From: the human T2T-CHM13v2.0 reference genome, Homo sapiens
NCBI RefSeq assembly: GCF_009914755.1
Contig: NC_060935.1
Length of the DNA: 64,000 nt
Reading direction: 5' to 3' (one strand)
The notes below the pieces were generated by a model that saw only the letters and a list, made by a program, of their open reading frames with translations, was not told the DNA's origin and searched no databases. Position 1 is the stretch's first letter. Each line of letters opens with the position of its first letter. This document shows, piece by piece, positions 38,472 through 52,970 of the stretch. A program made the translations under genes and the position numbers.

Positions 38472-40574
38472 AGACTGGGAATCAAACTTTAAATTGTACT
38501 TTAGTGTGCCTATAGTTAGATCATGGTTTTGTGCCATATAATGATATTTTAGTCTGACAAAACTTGCAAGACAATTATCATGGGTTTATGTCCCAAGTGG
38601 ACAAAGAAAAATGCAACTCAGTCGTTATCCTTAAGGAGCTCACAGCTTAGTGGAGGAGACCATCATGAAATTAGAAATTATAACACCAGCAGTATTAACT
38701 AGTAATGGAAAACCATATAAATGAGTGGCAGGAAGTCACAAAGGAGGAAGAGTTACTCTGCTGAACAAGTCACAGACTTGAGAGGGGAGTGATATTTGAA
38801 CTGAGCCATAAAGGATAATAGACACTTGCCAGATGAAAACAGAAAAGGCTTTGGGTGCTTAAAAGTTTGCATAAGTAATACTAAATAGTAATTTAAATAT
38901 AACTGCACATATTTTTTTCAACTTTCTTTTTACATTCAATGTTATTTTTTAAAATGTACCCATCTAGTTATATGATGGATTCACAAGTGTCTATGTGTTT
39001 TCTAGTTGTTTCCTATGTTTGAAATGTGCCATAATTTAAATTATTTTATTTAAGGAAACAAAGAACGATGCCTGGCTACCACAAAGGATCTGAAGTGGTG
39101 GGAGGTGGATTTTGGTAGGTCTGAACCAGATCGAGACAGATGTTACATGTTGGCATGAGGAATTTGTATTTCATCGTTTGAACAAAAGAGATTAACATTT
39201 AATTATTAAATAGGATCGAAATGATTTTTGTTGTCACTGTTGTTGTCAGAAAGCTAAGTCAAGTGGTAGCACAGAATGAATAAATTTGCTGCAACCAGTA
39301 GAGACTTGAACCATTCTTACCCTTTGCTTGCTGTTTCCATGAACAATGCCCTCTAGATTCTAAGAGTAAACCAGACAAGGAAAGATCATCAGAATCTGGG
39401 AGACCAAGCATGCTTAAGCCGGTGTCGGTGCTTTCAAGGCCAGTGTACAAAGTGCCAGCCAACATGGTCAAAAGGCCTCTGCCTCATATCAAGGTGGGAG
39501 GAGGAGAGAACCAAGCCAGGCATACAGAAATATTTTGTATTCACTTTTGTTTTCCCCAGCTTTACCAATAAGTCATCTTTGCACCTCCTTGTACCACATG
39601 AGGTCCCAGCCTCAGCCCCAGGATTGAAGGCCAATTGTGTGTTGCTGTGACAGCAAGTATTTAAAAGGAAAATAAAGAAGCGACAAGCTGCGACATGCTA
39701 TCATTAAGCAATCATAACTTCCTCCCCATATTACGACAATAGATGTCACTCTCTCATCTGGAAGGCAGGCCACGTATAGAAACACCATGTCACAAAGCTT
39801 TTCAGACAAAGACGTAGTGGGGGTGAGTTCATTGGGTGCAGAATAGAATATTTTGATGGGTTGCATCCAACCCATTTCCCACCCCCCAACTCCTACATGC
39901 TCTGATAAAAGTCAGATCTGTAAAGAACTTCAAAGGCTCCCCAGTCTGACAAACAGTAATAAAACAAGAAATCGAAAAAAAAAAAAAATCTGCCAAAGTG
40001 CTTGGAGGAAGCGGAGCTGCCAAGTGCTATGATGGTTCTGTTTTAGTAATCAGCAGACTAACTGCAGGGCACTTCCTCCTAGCGGGAAGCCGAGTCTGGG
40101 CTGTCAACTGTGAAGGAGTACAGAAAGGTCAGGCAGCAAAGGGATTCTAAAGGCCTGGAATAAGCGATTGCACATTCTTTCTGGTGATTTTTCTTCTAGT
40201 CCACATCCCACCCCAAGCCCACAGCCTGCTTCATCCCAACTGCAATCTCAACTACTCCCTCACCTCCTTCTTCCAAAGAGAAAGATGTGAAAAAGCAAAA
40301 TCAGTCAGTCTGATCTCACCTTCCCTTCCCTCCATTTAATGGAGGGTTGGGGGTTGGGGAGAGCATGCAACAAGGAAATAGCTCTGGAATCCAGAACATC
40401 TGGCTTCTATTCAGACCCAATCACCAACCTTGGGAGCATATTGAAAGCATTTGGCTGTCTCAACAGTCTAAAAGAAGCTATTTATTTCAGACTCAACAAC
40501 CAGCCCAACCATATGCTTCCATTTGGAAACAATTGGAGGTAAGACAGAGTTTCTTTTTCTTTTCCTTTTTTTTA

Positions 40575-40800
40575 AGGAGGAAGGTGGAAATAACACAGGA
40601 CTTTGAGTCAGAGAACTGACCTGCATTCCACTCACTCATCTGCCACTTGCTTGTGTGTGACTTTATTTGACTTCTTACTCTCTCTGCAAATTTAATTACT
40701 AAGCTATCAAGCCATGATTAAACTCCCCTCTCATGGAGTTCTTGAGAGGATTAAAAGCACAGGGTATCATAAGAACGTACTGTAGTGCCTGGTATATGAT
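40575..40800 (+). mobile_element. MIR SINE
   Basis: GGACTTTGAGTCAGA..TCTGCCACTTGC..GAGGATTAAA..AGTGCCTGG. Confidence 0.65.
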
Positions 40801-41329
40801 TCCTTCTCTCCTCAGACAAACCACTTACCCATAATTTATTCATTGGGCATCAAAGAACCTATCTGTCTTGTCTGTACCTCCCATGGTACTGCAATAATCA
40901 GATGAATAGTGTACGCCTAAGTGTTTGGTAATTTTAAAGTGCCTTGCAGATATGAAGGATTGCAGTTGGGATCATTATTACACCAATAATGTGTAATAAT
41001 GTGTCAAAGCCAAAGCTTTGATTCCTAAAACCAATCCAGGAAAAACTGTTAATGAAAAGTTTCTAGATGACCACCAGCCATTTATTTGTCCAGGTTGATG
41101 ACTAATGCTGGTGAGAATTCTTTCCATCTCTTCACCTCTATGGTTTAGTCCACTCCCTAGGTGCTTTCAATCCCAGGTAAAGGTAGAACCTGAGGCTCCA
41201 TTACTTTGGCAATTAGTGGAGCCCCTTTTATTTCTATAAGCTCGGCATCATTTCCAGGACATTTCTAAACTATCAGGCCTCACTTCTCTCATCTCTAAGA
41301 CTAGGAATCTCTAAACTGTAAGAATAAGA

Positions 41330-41470
41330 GCTATCTACATAGTAGTTCATAATTTATAAGACACTTTCACAAATGTACTCCTACCTGCTCCATACAATCA
41401 CCCTGTGATTGTGTCTAACATTTCAGATGAGGAACTGAGGCTCAGACACTTAGGTGAGCCCAGGGCTCCT
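41330..41470 (-). mobile_element. MIR SINE
   Basis: TTTCAGATGAGGAACTGAGGCTCAGA. Confidence 0.7.
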
Positions 41471-42489
41471 TGCTCAAAATCCTCGCTTTCTATCACAGCT
41501 TCCAAGCAAGGCAGTATAAGGGAATCCCAGAACAGGAAAGTAACCAGTAGGAACCAATATTAGGTCCTCAGGAACCTTGGAAGACACTAGGAAGCACAGA
41601 TATTCAGTGAAGACCTCATGTGACCTCAGAAAAAAAACCCTCCCAACTGAGGATTTTGGCCAGGTGAAATTATTCCCCTGTCCAATCCATACTAAACCTT
41701 TCACCCGAAACAGAAGATATCACTTCTTAAAATTGTGGAGGATGAAGCAGTCCTACTTAGAAATATCTGGTCTCCAGATTCAGCTGCAATGCCCCGTATT
41801 CAACCCCCAGATCTCTTCACATTTCTGGTTCTGTCTTCCAGCTTGGGTCTCAATTTGCCCATGACACCAAGTGGATCTGTTGACTGACCATGTGCCCCTG
41901 AACCAGCTCATGCCTCAGCTAGGCAGTTTCAGGGTCTCCTACCAGGTAACCAATCAAGCTTTCTGGAAGGACTTTTAGAGTCATGAAAGTGTCGTTGGAG
42001 TCCACTATGACTTTTAGCTAAGTGGAAAAAGCAAAATAAGAAAGTATTTCTTCACCTTAATTTAACTTAGATGCTGGCCTCTCTAGGAGGCCTTTTTTGA
42101 ATGCTCCTCTTCCCCTGCAGTGCCCTCCCAGTCTGTGTTAGATGCCACTCCTATGTCCTCCGTGGTGCTTTTCACTTTCCTCCAAGACAGCACTCAATGA
42201 GTACTGTAATTGTGTGCACATTTATCTACCACTGCTTCTAACTTGTGAAACATGTATTCTCTCTTTTACTGCTAAGTCCATGGTACCTGTTGCAATGTCT
42301 TTAACATGATAGGTATTCAGTAATGAATGAACTAGGTAAAAAAATGTATCTGTAAAGACAGAGCTATAATAGGACACAGAAAAATGGAAAGTTCCATACA
42401 ATGCTGATATGAAGTGATTTTGTTTTCTTTTTGTGATTTGAAATATTATTTATGCTGCTCCAAAGAAAAATAAGATAAACTTCTAAAAA

Positions 42490-44750
42490 TTTTTTTTAAT
42501 TAAACTTTTAAGTTCAGAGGTACATGTGCAGATTTGTTACATAGGTAAACTTGTGTCATGGGGGTTTGTTGTACAGATTACTTCATCACCCAGGTATCAA
42601 GCCCAGTACTCATTAGTTATTTTTCCTGATTCCTCCACCCTCTACCCTCTGATAGGCCCCAGTGTGTGTTGTTCCCCTCTATGTGTCCATGTGATCATGT
42701 GTTCTCATCATTTAGCTCCCATTTATAAGTGAGAACATGTGGTATTTGGTTTTCTGTTCCTGTGTTAGTTTGCTAAGGATTTTAGCCTACAGCTCTATCC
42801 ACATTCCCACAAAAGACATGATCTCATTATTTTTAATGGCTACATAGTATTCCATGGCATGTACCACGTCTTCTTTATCCAGTCTACCATTGATGAGCAT
42901 TTAGGTTGATTCCATGTTTTTGCTATTGTGAATAGTGCTTCAGTGAACATACATGTGCATGTGTCTGTATTGTAGAATGATTTATATTCCTCTGAGTATA
43001 TACCCATTAATGGGATTGCTAAGTTGTATGGTATTTCTCTTTTTAGGTCTTTGAGGAATTACCACACCATCTTCCACAATGTTTGAAATAATTTATAGTC
43101 CCAAAAACAGTGTATAAGCATTCCTTTTCTTCAGCAACCTCACCAGAATCTGTTATTTTTTTTTTTTTACTTTAATAATAGCCATTCTGACTGGCATGAG
43201 ATGGTATCTCACTGTGGTTTTGATTTACACTTCTCTAATGGTCAGTGATGTTGATCTTTTTTTCATATTATTGTTGACCATATGTATGGCTTCTTTTGAA
43301 AAGTGTCTGTTCATGTTCTTTGTTTACTTTTTAGTGGGGTTGTTTGCATTTTTCTTCTAAATTTGTTTTAAGTTCCTTAAAGATGCTAGATATTAGGTCT
43401 TTGTCAGATGCATAGTTTGCAAAAATTTTCTCCCATTCTGTAGGTTGTCTCTTCACTCTGTTGACAGTTTCTTTTGCTGTGCAGAAGCTCTTTAGTTTAA
43501 TTAGATCCCATTTGTCAATTTTTGCTTTCATTGCAATTGCTTTTGGCATCTATATCATGAAATCTTTGCCTGTTCCTATGTCCAGAATGGTATTGCCTAG
43601 GTTATTTTCCAGGGTTTTTATATTTAAGTCTTTAATCTATCTTTAGTTAATTTTTGTATATGGTGTAAGGAAAAGGTCTGGTTTCAATCTTCCGCATATG
43701 ACTAGCCAGCTATCACAGCATCATTTATTGAATAAGGAGTCCTTTCTCCATTGCTTGTTTTTGTCATGTTTGTTGAAGATGTGCAGCCTTATTTCTGCAC
43801 TCTTTAGTCTGTTCCATTGGTCTATGTGTCTGTTTTTGTATTAGTACCATGCTGTTTTGGTTACTGTAGTCCTGTAGTATAGTTTGAAGCTGGGTAGCAT
43901 GATGCCTCCAGCTTTATTCTTTTGGCTTAGAATTGCCTTGGCTATTGGGCTCTTTTTTGATTCCATATAGATTTTAAAATAGTTTTCTCTAGTTCTGTAA
44001 AGAATGTCATTGGTAGTTTAATAGGAATAACATTGACTTTATAAATTGCTTTGAATATTATAGCCATTTTAATGATATTGATTCTTCCTATCCATGAGCA
44101 TGGAATGTTTTTCCATTTGTTTGTGTCCTCTTTGATATCTTTGAGCAGGGTTTTGTAGTTCTCCTTATAAAGATCTTTAACCTCCCTGGTTAGCTGATTC
44201 CTAGGTATTTTATTTTATTTCATAGCAATTATGAATAGGATTTTGTTCCTGATTTGGCTCTCATCTTGACTATTGTTGGTGTATAGGAGTACTAGAGATT
44301 TTAGTACATTGATTTTGTATCCTAAGACTTTGCTGAAGTTGTTTATCAGTGTAAGGAGCTTTTGAGCAAATAACCTGCTCCTGAATGACTTTGGGTAAAT
44401 AATCATATTAAGGCAGAAATCAAGAAGTTCTTTGAAATTAATGAGAACAAAGAAACAACATACCAGAATCTCTGGGACATAGCTAAGGCAGCGTTAAGAG
44501 AAAAATTTACAGCACTAAATGTCCACGTAAAAAAGTTAGAAAGATCTCAATTTAACCACATAGTAACACAACTAAAAGAATGAGAGAACCAAGAGCAAAC
44601 CAGTCCCAAAGCTAGCAGAAGACAAGAAATAACCAAAATCACAGCTGAACTGACGAGATTGAGACATGAAAAACCATGCAGAAGATCAATGAATCAAGGA
44701 GCTAGTTTTCTGAAAAAAAAAAATAATAAATAGACCACTAACTAGACTAG
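42490..44750 (-). mobile_element. older L1PA with 5' inversion (minus 42490-~44368; plus ~44369-44750)
   Basis: 3' UTR/ORF2 on minus ([18 protein letters not shown]); ORF2 piece on plus (AACCTGCTCCTGAATGAC..TAGACCACTA); TSD-like AAAAATTTTT. Confidence 0.9.
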
Positions 44751-44890
44751 CAAAAATTTTTATAATGTAAGAATAACACTGACACCTGGCAACAGGCATA
44801 AAACAAAGCTAAAGAAGATTAAATTTTACAATTCTTCTCTAGCAAGGGCTCCTTCCAAAGCCCTGGCCCAAAATTTATATTAGTAACTCA

Positions 44891-45334
<444 letters not shown>

Positions 45335-45693
45335 TTACTTATGAATATCAATACAAATAATCCTCAAAAAATGTCATTAAACAGAACTCAACAGCATATA
45401 AAATATAACACATGATGACCCAGTGGATTTTCTATTAGGAATGCAAAGATAGAGAGAAATTCACTAATATAATTTATCATCATAATAGCTCTAAGAAGAA
45501 AAGCCACACATCTTCATAGCTGCTGAAAAGCCATTAGTTACATATAATACTAATTTTTTAAATTTAAAAACCCCATTAAGAATAAATGGAGTCTTCCTTA
45601 ACATGATAAAGGTACATCTAACTATACTAAAAAGTCTGCATTGCACTTGTCTATTACTATGCACCAAATGCATTTAAAAAAATAGTGGTTTTA

Positions 45694-46125
45694 CAAAGAT
45701 ATGGAATCAAACTAAATGGCCATCAATGATAGACTGGATAAAAAAAAATGGTGTACACATACACCATAGAATACTATGCAGCCATAAAAAAGTACAAGAT
45801 CATGTCTTTTGTAGGAACATGGATGGAGCTGGAGGCTGTAATCCTTAGCAAACTAACACAGGAAGAGGCAAACAAATTTCACATGTTCTCACTTATAAGT
45901 GGGAGCTAAATGATGAGAACACATGGACACATAGCGGAGAATAAGCACACACTATGGTTTTTTGGAAGGTGGAGGGTGGGAGAAGGGAAAGGATTAAGAA
46001 AAATAACTAATAGGTACTAGGCTTAATACCTGGGTGATGAAACAATCTGTACAACAAACCCCTATGACACAAGTTTACCTGTGTAACAAACCTACACTTA
46101 TACCCCTGAAGTTAAAATAAAAGTT
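45694..46125 (+). mobile_element. 5'-truncated older L1PA 3' end
   Basis: GGCTTAATACCTGGGTGATGAAA..ACAAGTTTACCTGTGTAACAAACC; TSD AAAAAAATAGTGGYTTTA. Confidence 0.9.
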
Positions 46126-46211
46126 AAAAAAATAGTGGCTTTAAAACAATTACAATTATTCATTTTGCTTACAAATCTGGAGGTTGCATAGGCTTTGCTA
46201 GGATGCTTTTT

Positions 46212-46301
46212 CCAGGGTCTGTCAGAGTTACTGCCAGACAGTGGCTGTGGCTCAGGCCAGGGTCTGTCAGAGTTACTGCCAGACAGTGGCTGTGGCTCAG
46301 G
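46212..46301. repeat. perfect 45-bp tandem duplication
   Basis: CCAGGGTCTGTCAGAGTTACTGCCAGACAGTGGCTGTGGCTCAGG x2. Confidence 0.97.
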
Positions 46302-46769
46302 CCACCTCCAAAGGTTTTTCACTTCAATGTCTGGTGCCCAGGCTGCAAAGACTGAAACAGCCGGGGCTGCAGCAGCTGAAGCTTCTCTTGCATTCCTCTC
46401 TATATGAGACCTCCAGGTAGGGACCTCAAGAGAGCTGGATTTTTTAAATGACAGCTAAAGGTGCCCAAAGTGAGTGTCCCAGTAGAGAGAAATTGGCATA
46501 GCCTTTTCTACCCTTCTGGGAAAGCCGACAGAGCAAACTTTGTTGCGCTGTATTTCTTGAGACAGCCATAAAGCCCTATCCAAGTTCAAGAAGAAGATGC
46601 ATAGATTCCATCACTTAAAAAGAGACTGTCAAAAATTTGCAAATATGTTTTAAAAGCCACTGTGGCATTATACAATGGGGAGACACCAGAAGCATTCTGA
46701 TTAAAGTCAAAAACAAAATAAGGATTCCATTATTAATTATGATTTAGTATTTGATATTATTCTAGAGTA

Positions 46770-46972
46770 GAGATGGGCAAACTTTTTCTATAAAATGCTG
46801 GGTAGCAGTTATTTGTAAACCATAATGTCTCTGTCACGACTACTCAACTGTAAGGCAAAAGCCATAGATGGTACATAAATGAATGGATGTGGTTGTGATC
46901 CAATAGAACTTTATTTACAAAAACAGGTGGCAGGCTAGATTTGGTCCATAGGCTGTCATTTGTTGACCCTTG
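46770..46972 (-). mobile_element. MER58A MITE
   Basis: GGCAAACTTTTTCTATAAA..CTACTCAACT..CAATAGAACTTTATTTACAAAAACAGG..GACCCTTG. Confidence 0.85.
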
Positions 46973-47070
46973 TTTTAGAGTTTCTGGCCAATACAATAAG
47001 AAAATTCAGAAAGATAAATGGGTACACAATTGAAATACAAAAATGAATAGAACTCAAAAATACCAGGATT

Positions 47071-47375
<305 letters not shown>

Positions 47376-47676
47376 TACAAGCATGAGAAGATATAACAAA
47401 GGAGTAGGAAAAAAAAAAACCTAAAATACCTGGGAGTATAACTTTAATACCCAAGAAGCAAGAACTGTGGACAATCTAGAATGGAAATTTTAAGATGTTC
47501 CAGAAGACCATAATTTGTTCTACAAATTTGCTTGTGAACCTGCAAGATAATGAAAATGCAAGGTTATATATTACAGTAGTGTTTGAAATTGCAAAACATT
47601 GCAAACAACTGGCCTGGCAATAGAGTATGGGTTAAATTATTGTATATGCATCCAATAGAATATTAAGCATCTCTTA

Positions 47677-48062
<386 letters not shown>

Positions 48063-48489
48063 GAGATATATTGTTAATAAAACACACATGTATAAAATAT
48101 GAAAAATGTACAGTCTTCTACCATTTGTCTGAAAAAGGTTGAAAGAGGGAATATATAAAAATACATACATGTAGGCATTTGCTAAGATGGTTGTGAAAAG
48201 ACACACAAGTGACTGAGAACATTTCTCCCAGAAAGGGCAAATGGTTGGCTGAGGACAGAGGTGGAGAAAGACTGTGTGTGCACCAAATATTCATTCTAGG
48301 TTTTGATTCTTGAGCCATATAAGTGCATTAACTATTCAAAAATAAATACTATTTTTAAAATACTATTTATACACTAAATAAAGTCAAGTGCTTTTAAATC
48401 CTTTAAAACATTCGTGGTTATTGTTTACTTTTCCTCACAAGTCTTTACGTACCACAGGCTTTGGAGGCATACAGATCAGAACAAGCATA

Positions 48490-48720
48490 GAGATTAGTGA
48501 TTAAGAGCACAGACGCTATAGCTCCAGACCACCTGCATCTGAATCCCAGCCCTTCCAGTTAGGATCTGTGTGATCCTGAACTAATTAATTAATATCTCTG
48601 TGCCTCGATCTATATACCTGTAAAACAGCAATATCAATAACTCCTTCATAAGATAAATGGAATTATCTGTTTAGTGTTTTATCCAGTGCCTTGATGGAGT
48701 AACTGTGTATTATAATTATG
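48490..48720 (+). mobile_element. MIR SINE
   Basis: TAGTGATTAAGAGCACAGAC..GAATCCCAGC..CTGTGTGATCCTG..TCTCTGTGCCTC. Confidence 0.8.
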
Positions 48721-49007
48721 CTGTAGTGTCTAGACAAACAAAAGATGGAGGAGGAAATAGAAAAGTGAGCATGTTTCTGAGGATATTTATCTTATAGGTT
48801 AGTGAACCATAGTTTTAACAGGCCTTAAATTTGAGAAACACTTCTCCTACTATAATCTCCTGTCAGACCTTTGCAATGCAGGATAGAATACCTGTTTGGC
48901 TTTGTTAAAATCCACCTGTTAAATGCAGATGTTCCTAAGCTTGTTTGATAATGGTACCTTAGACACACAGAAAACCTATTATTATCTCTCAGGAAACTTT
49001 TATTTAG

Positions 49008-49150
49008 AGCTGCACTTCTCAAACTTTAATATGCATATGAACCACCTAGATTTATTCTTAAAATTCAGACTCTGATTCAGTAGATCTGGGGTGGGGACTG
49101 AGATCCCTTTTTTCTATCTCCCAGATGAAAGGCTTTTTAGAAGCAGCTTG
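49008..49150. mobile_element. MER5A fragment
   Basis: CTTCTCAAACTTTAAT..CAGACTCTGATTCAGTAGATCTGGGGTGGGG. Confidence 0.8.
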
Positions 49151-50541
49151 GGAAATGCTGACGTGTATCATACTGCTATAGATAACTGGAAACATCTACA
49201 AGTTTCCATTCATTTCTCCATTATTCAAGTGCATTACTTGTCAACTTGTATTTAATGCCTTTTCACCTTTCACGGGACAGATTTTGTTAATTAAATGTGC
49301 CAGTTGGCTTATTATGCAGTCAAGAAAAAAAAATCTCAACCAGCCCCAACAGCAGTGACAGACATCAAAATTTATAACAGTGCATACATTTTGCTTCAAA
49401 TGAAAACAGCAACAATAACAAATATGCTATTTTTAAATGACATTAGATAACATTTGTTAATTGGGCATTGTTTGTTTTTTTTAAATCTTAGGATAGTGGA
49501 CAGAGCCCTGGACTTGCAACTGCTTACTTTTCCGAGCTCTAATTTCTTCATCTATAAAAGGAGAATAATAATTTGCATGTCAGAAAACTAAATAGAGATC
49601 AAGTGGCTTAAGCAAGATGGGCCACTAGAGGTACCTAGTGCTAATCTCCCCCTCCAAAAAGGACCCAAACAATAAATAAACAATCACATTTTGACTACAG
49701 GGTCTAAAGGAGAGTGCTGGAGTACAGCAAGGAAGTAGCAGAATCCTTGTGGAAACCCAGAATGGCAGCATATGGAGGGGAACAAAGCACTCTGCCTCTG
49801 CCAACCCGTCTGCCCCCACTAGGATGGTCTTGGAGCCTGGGGTGACTTCTTGTGGGGAAAAGATAAGCTGGAGGCTTCTAGCAACCCTGTTACCACCACA
49901 GACACTTGCAGTCATTACTACAGGAGAATCCCACAGTCCTCACAGGCCTTGAGCCCAGGACGGAGAGCTGCCTGGAGTTCACAAGGCTGCATTGCTCCAG
50001 AGTAGGAGCCTACATTGTGCACCGCCCACCCACCCAAGTGTCTACAACACAGGGCCATCTTGAAGTCAGACGTACTGCTACAGTGTGTCCTGCTCTTGGG
50101 CCACTAGCAACTTTGTCTCTCCATCTCTGAGGCTCCACCATTATTTTCCATGTCTATAACAGGTGGATGCAGTGCTCCTACTCAGAGCCTAGACCCAGTG
50201 GAACAGCTATGACTCTGATAGCTGAGCCCACATGACGCGCAGCCGTCCTCCCTGACCAAGGAATAGGCAGTCCTGCACAGTGGGGAAACCAGCCCAAAAC
50301 CAGTGGACCTGCCATATGTGCATGCTTTTAGCCTGAGAACCAGCCTGGAGGCCCTGCCTCCAGAGAGCTTGTCCCCAAGCCAGCCAACGCACCATATATG
50401 TACACCCTCGGCCTAAGAAGCAGTCCAGAGGCCCTGGCCCTGGTGAGCTTGCCCCCCAACCCAGCTGATCAGCCACGTGCATTCCCACCTTGGACTGAGA
50501 GCCAGCCAACCACACTGCTCACAGCAAAGTCACACCACTGC

Positions 50542-52970
50542 TGATGTGGTTTGGATCTGTGTCCCCACCAAAGCTCATGTTGAACTGTAATCCCCAGTGT
50601 TGGATGTGGGGCCTGGTGGGTCATGGAGGCAGATTTCTCATGAATGGTTTCGCATCGTCTCCCTTGGTAGTGTCCTCATGTTAGTGAGTGAGTTCTCATA
50701 AGATCTGGTTAGTTAAAAGCGTGTGGCACCTCCCCGCCCTCTTGCTCTTGCTCTTGCTCCTGCCATGTGAGACACCTGCTCTCCCTTTGCTTTCTGCCAT
50801 GATTAGAAGCTTCCTGAGGCCTCCTCAAAAGCAAAAGCCTCTATGCTTCCTGTACACTCTGAAGAACCATAAGCCAATTAAACCTCTTTTCCTTATAAAT
50901 TACCAAGTCTCAGGTATTTCTTTACAGAAATGTGAGAATGGACTAACACAGAAAATTGGTATCAAGAAGTGGAGCACTGTTCTAAGTGTGGAAACGACTT
51001 TGGAACTGGGTAATGGACAGAAGTTGGAAGAGTATGAAGGGCTCAGAAGAAGACAGGAAAATGAGGGAAAGTTTGGAACATCTTAGATACTGGTTAAATG
51101 GTGACCAAAAAGCTGATAGTGATATGAATAATGAAGTCCAAGCTGAGGAGTTCTCAGGTGGAAATGAAGAACATACTGGGACCTGGAGCAAAGGTCACTT
51201 TTATTATGCCTTACCAAAAAATTTGGCTGCATTGTGCCCCTGCCCTAGGGAATCTGTGGAACTTTGAACTTGAAAGTGATGATTTAGGGTATCTGGCAGA
51301 ATAAATTTCTAAGCAGCAAAGTGCTCAAGATGTCACCTAGCTGCTTCTAACAGAGTATGCTCACATGCATTTGCAAAGAAATGACCTAAAGTTGGAACTT
51401 ATATTTAAAGGGGAAGCAGAGAGTGAAAGTTCAGAAAATTTGCAGCCTGGCCATATGGTAGAAAGGAAAAGCCCATTTTCAGGGAAGTAGTTCAAGCAGG
51501 CTGCAGAAATTTGCATAGCTAAAAAAGAAGCAAGTGCTGATAGCCAAGACAATGGGGAAAAGGCCTCAATGACATTTCAGAGATCTTAGAGGCAGCTCCT
51601 CTCACCATATGCCTAGGAGGAGAGCATAGTTTTTGTATGCCAGACCCAGAGCCCTGCTGTCTCACACTACCTCAGAGCACTGCTTCCTGCATCCTGGCCA
51701 GTCCAACTCCAGCTGTGGCTCAAAGGGACCCAGGTACAGCTCAGGCCACTGCTTCAAAAGGTGTAAGCCATAAGCCTTGGCAGCTTCCATGTGGTGTTAA
51801 GCCTGCTGGTCCACAGAGTGCAAGGGTGAATAAGGCTTGGAAGCCTCCACCTAGATTTCAGAGGATATATGAAAAAGCCTGGGTGTCCAGACAGAACCTT
51901 GCTGCAGGGGCAGAGCCCTGACAGAGAACCTCTACTAGGGAGGAGTGAAGGGGAAATGTGAGTTAGAGCCCCCATATAGAGTCCCCAATGGGGCACCGCT
52001 TAGTGGAGCTATGAGAAGAAGGCCACTGTCCTCCAGACCTCAGAATGGTAGATCCATTGACACCTTGCACCCTACCTCTGGAAAAGTCACAGGAAGTCAA
52101 CACCAGCCCATGAGAGCAGCCACAGGAGATGAACCTTGCAAAGCCACAGGGGTAGAGCTACCCAAGGCCTAGGGAGCCCCCCCTTGCACCAGTGTGTTCT
52201 GGATGTAAGACGTGGGGTCAAAGGATATTATCTTGGAGCTTTAAGATTTCATGACTGCTTTGCTGGCTTTCAGACTTGCATGGGGCTTGTAGCCTTTTTT
52301 TATTCTGGCCAATTTATCACTTTCAAAATGGGAGTGTTTACCCAATGCCTATACCTCCAATGTATCTTGGAAGTAACTCACTTGTTTTTTTATTTTACAG
52401 ACTCATAGATGGAAGGGACTTGCCTGTCTCAGATGAGACTTTGGACTTTTGAGTTAATGCTGGAAAGAGTTAAGACTTTGGGGGATTATTGGGAAGGCAT
52501 AATTGTATTTTGCAATGTGAGAAGATCATGAGAGTAGGAGGGCCAGGGGCAGAGTTATATGGTTTGGATCTGTGTCTCCAGCAAATCTCATGTCAAATTG
52601 TAATCCTCAGTGTTTGGAGGTGGGGCCTGCTGGAAGGTAACTGAATTATGGGAATGGATTTCTCATGAATAGTTTAGCACCATCCCCTTTGGTACTGTCC
52701 TTTTGATAGTGAGTGAGTTTTCATGAGATGTGCTTGGTTAAAAGTGTGTAGCACCTCCCCTCCTCACTTTCTCTTGCTTCTGTTCCTGCCATGAGATGCC
52801 AGCTCCCTCTTTGCTTTCTGCCATGAATGGAAGCTTCCTGAGGCCTCCCCAAAAGCAGAAGCCACTATGCTGTCTGCACAGCCTTTATAACTGTGAGCCA
52901 ATTAAAACTTTTTTCTTTATAAATCACCTAGTCTTAGGTATTTCTTTACAGCAATATGAAAACTAACACA
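50542..52970 (+). mobile_element. full-length MSTA-type MaLR provirus (LTRs 50542-50950 and 52555-52970; internal 50951-52554)
   Basis: two MSTA-like LTRs; internal ORF remnant WKSMKGSEEDRKMRESLE; purine tract before 3' LTR; perfect TSD ACTGC. Confidence 0.93.

Larger units (their letters stand above)
45643..46663 (-). mobile_element. MLT1 LTR interrupted by L1PA fragment
   Basis: AGTGGCTTTAAAACAAT..CCTCCAAAGG..GGCATAGCCTTTTCTA..CAAGTTCAAG. Confidence 0.65.
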
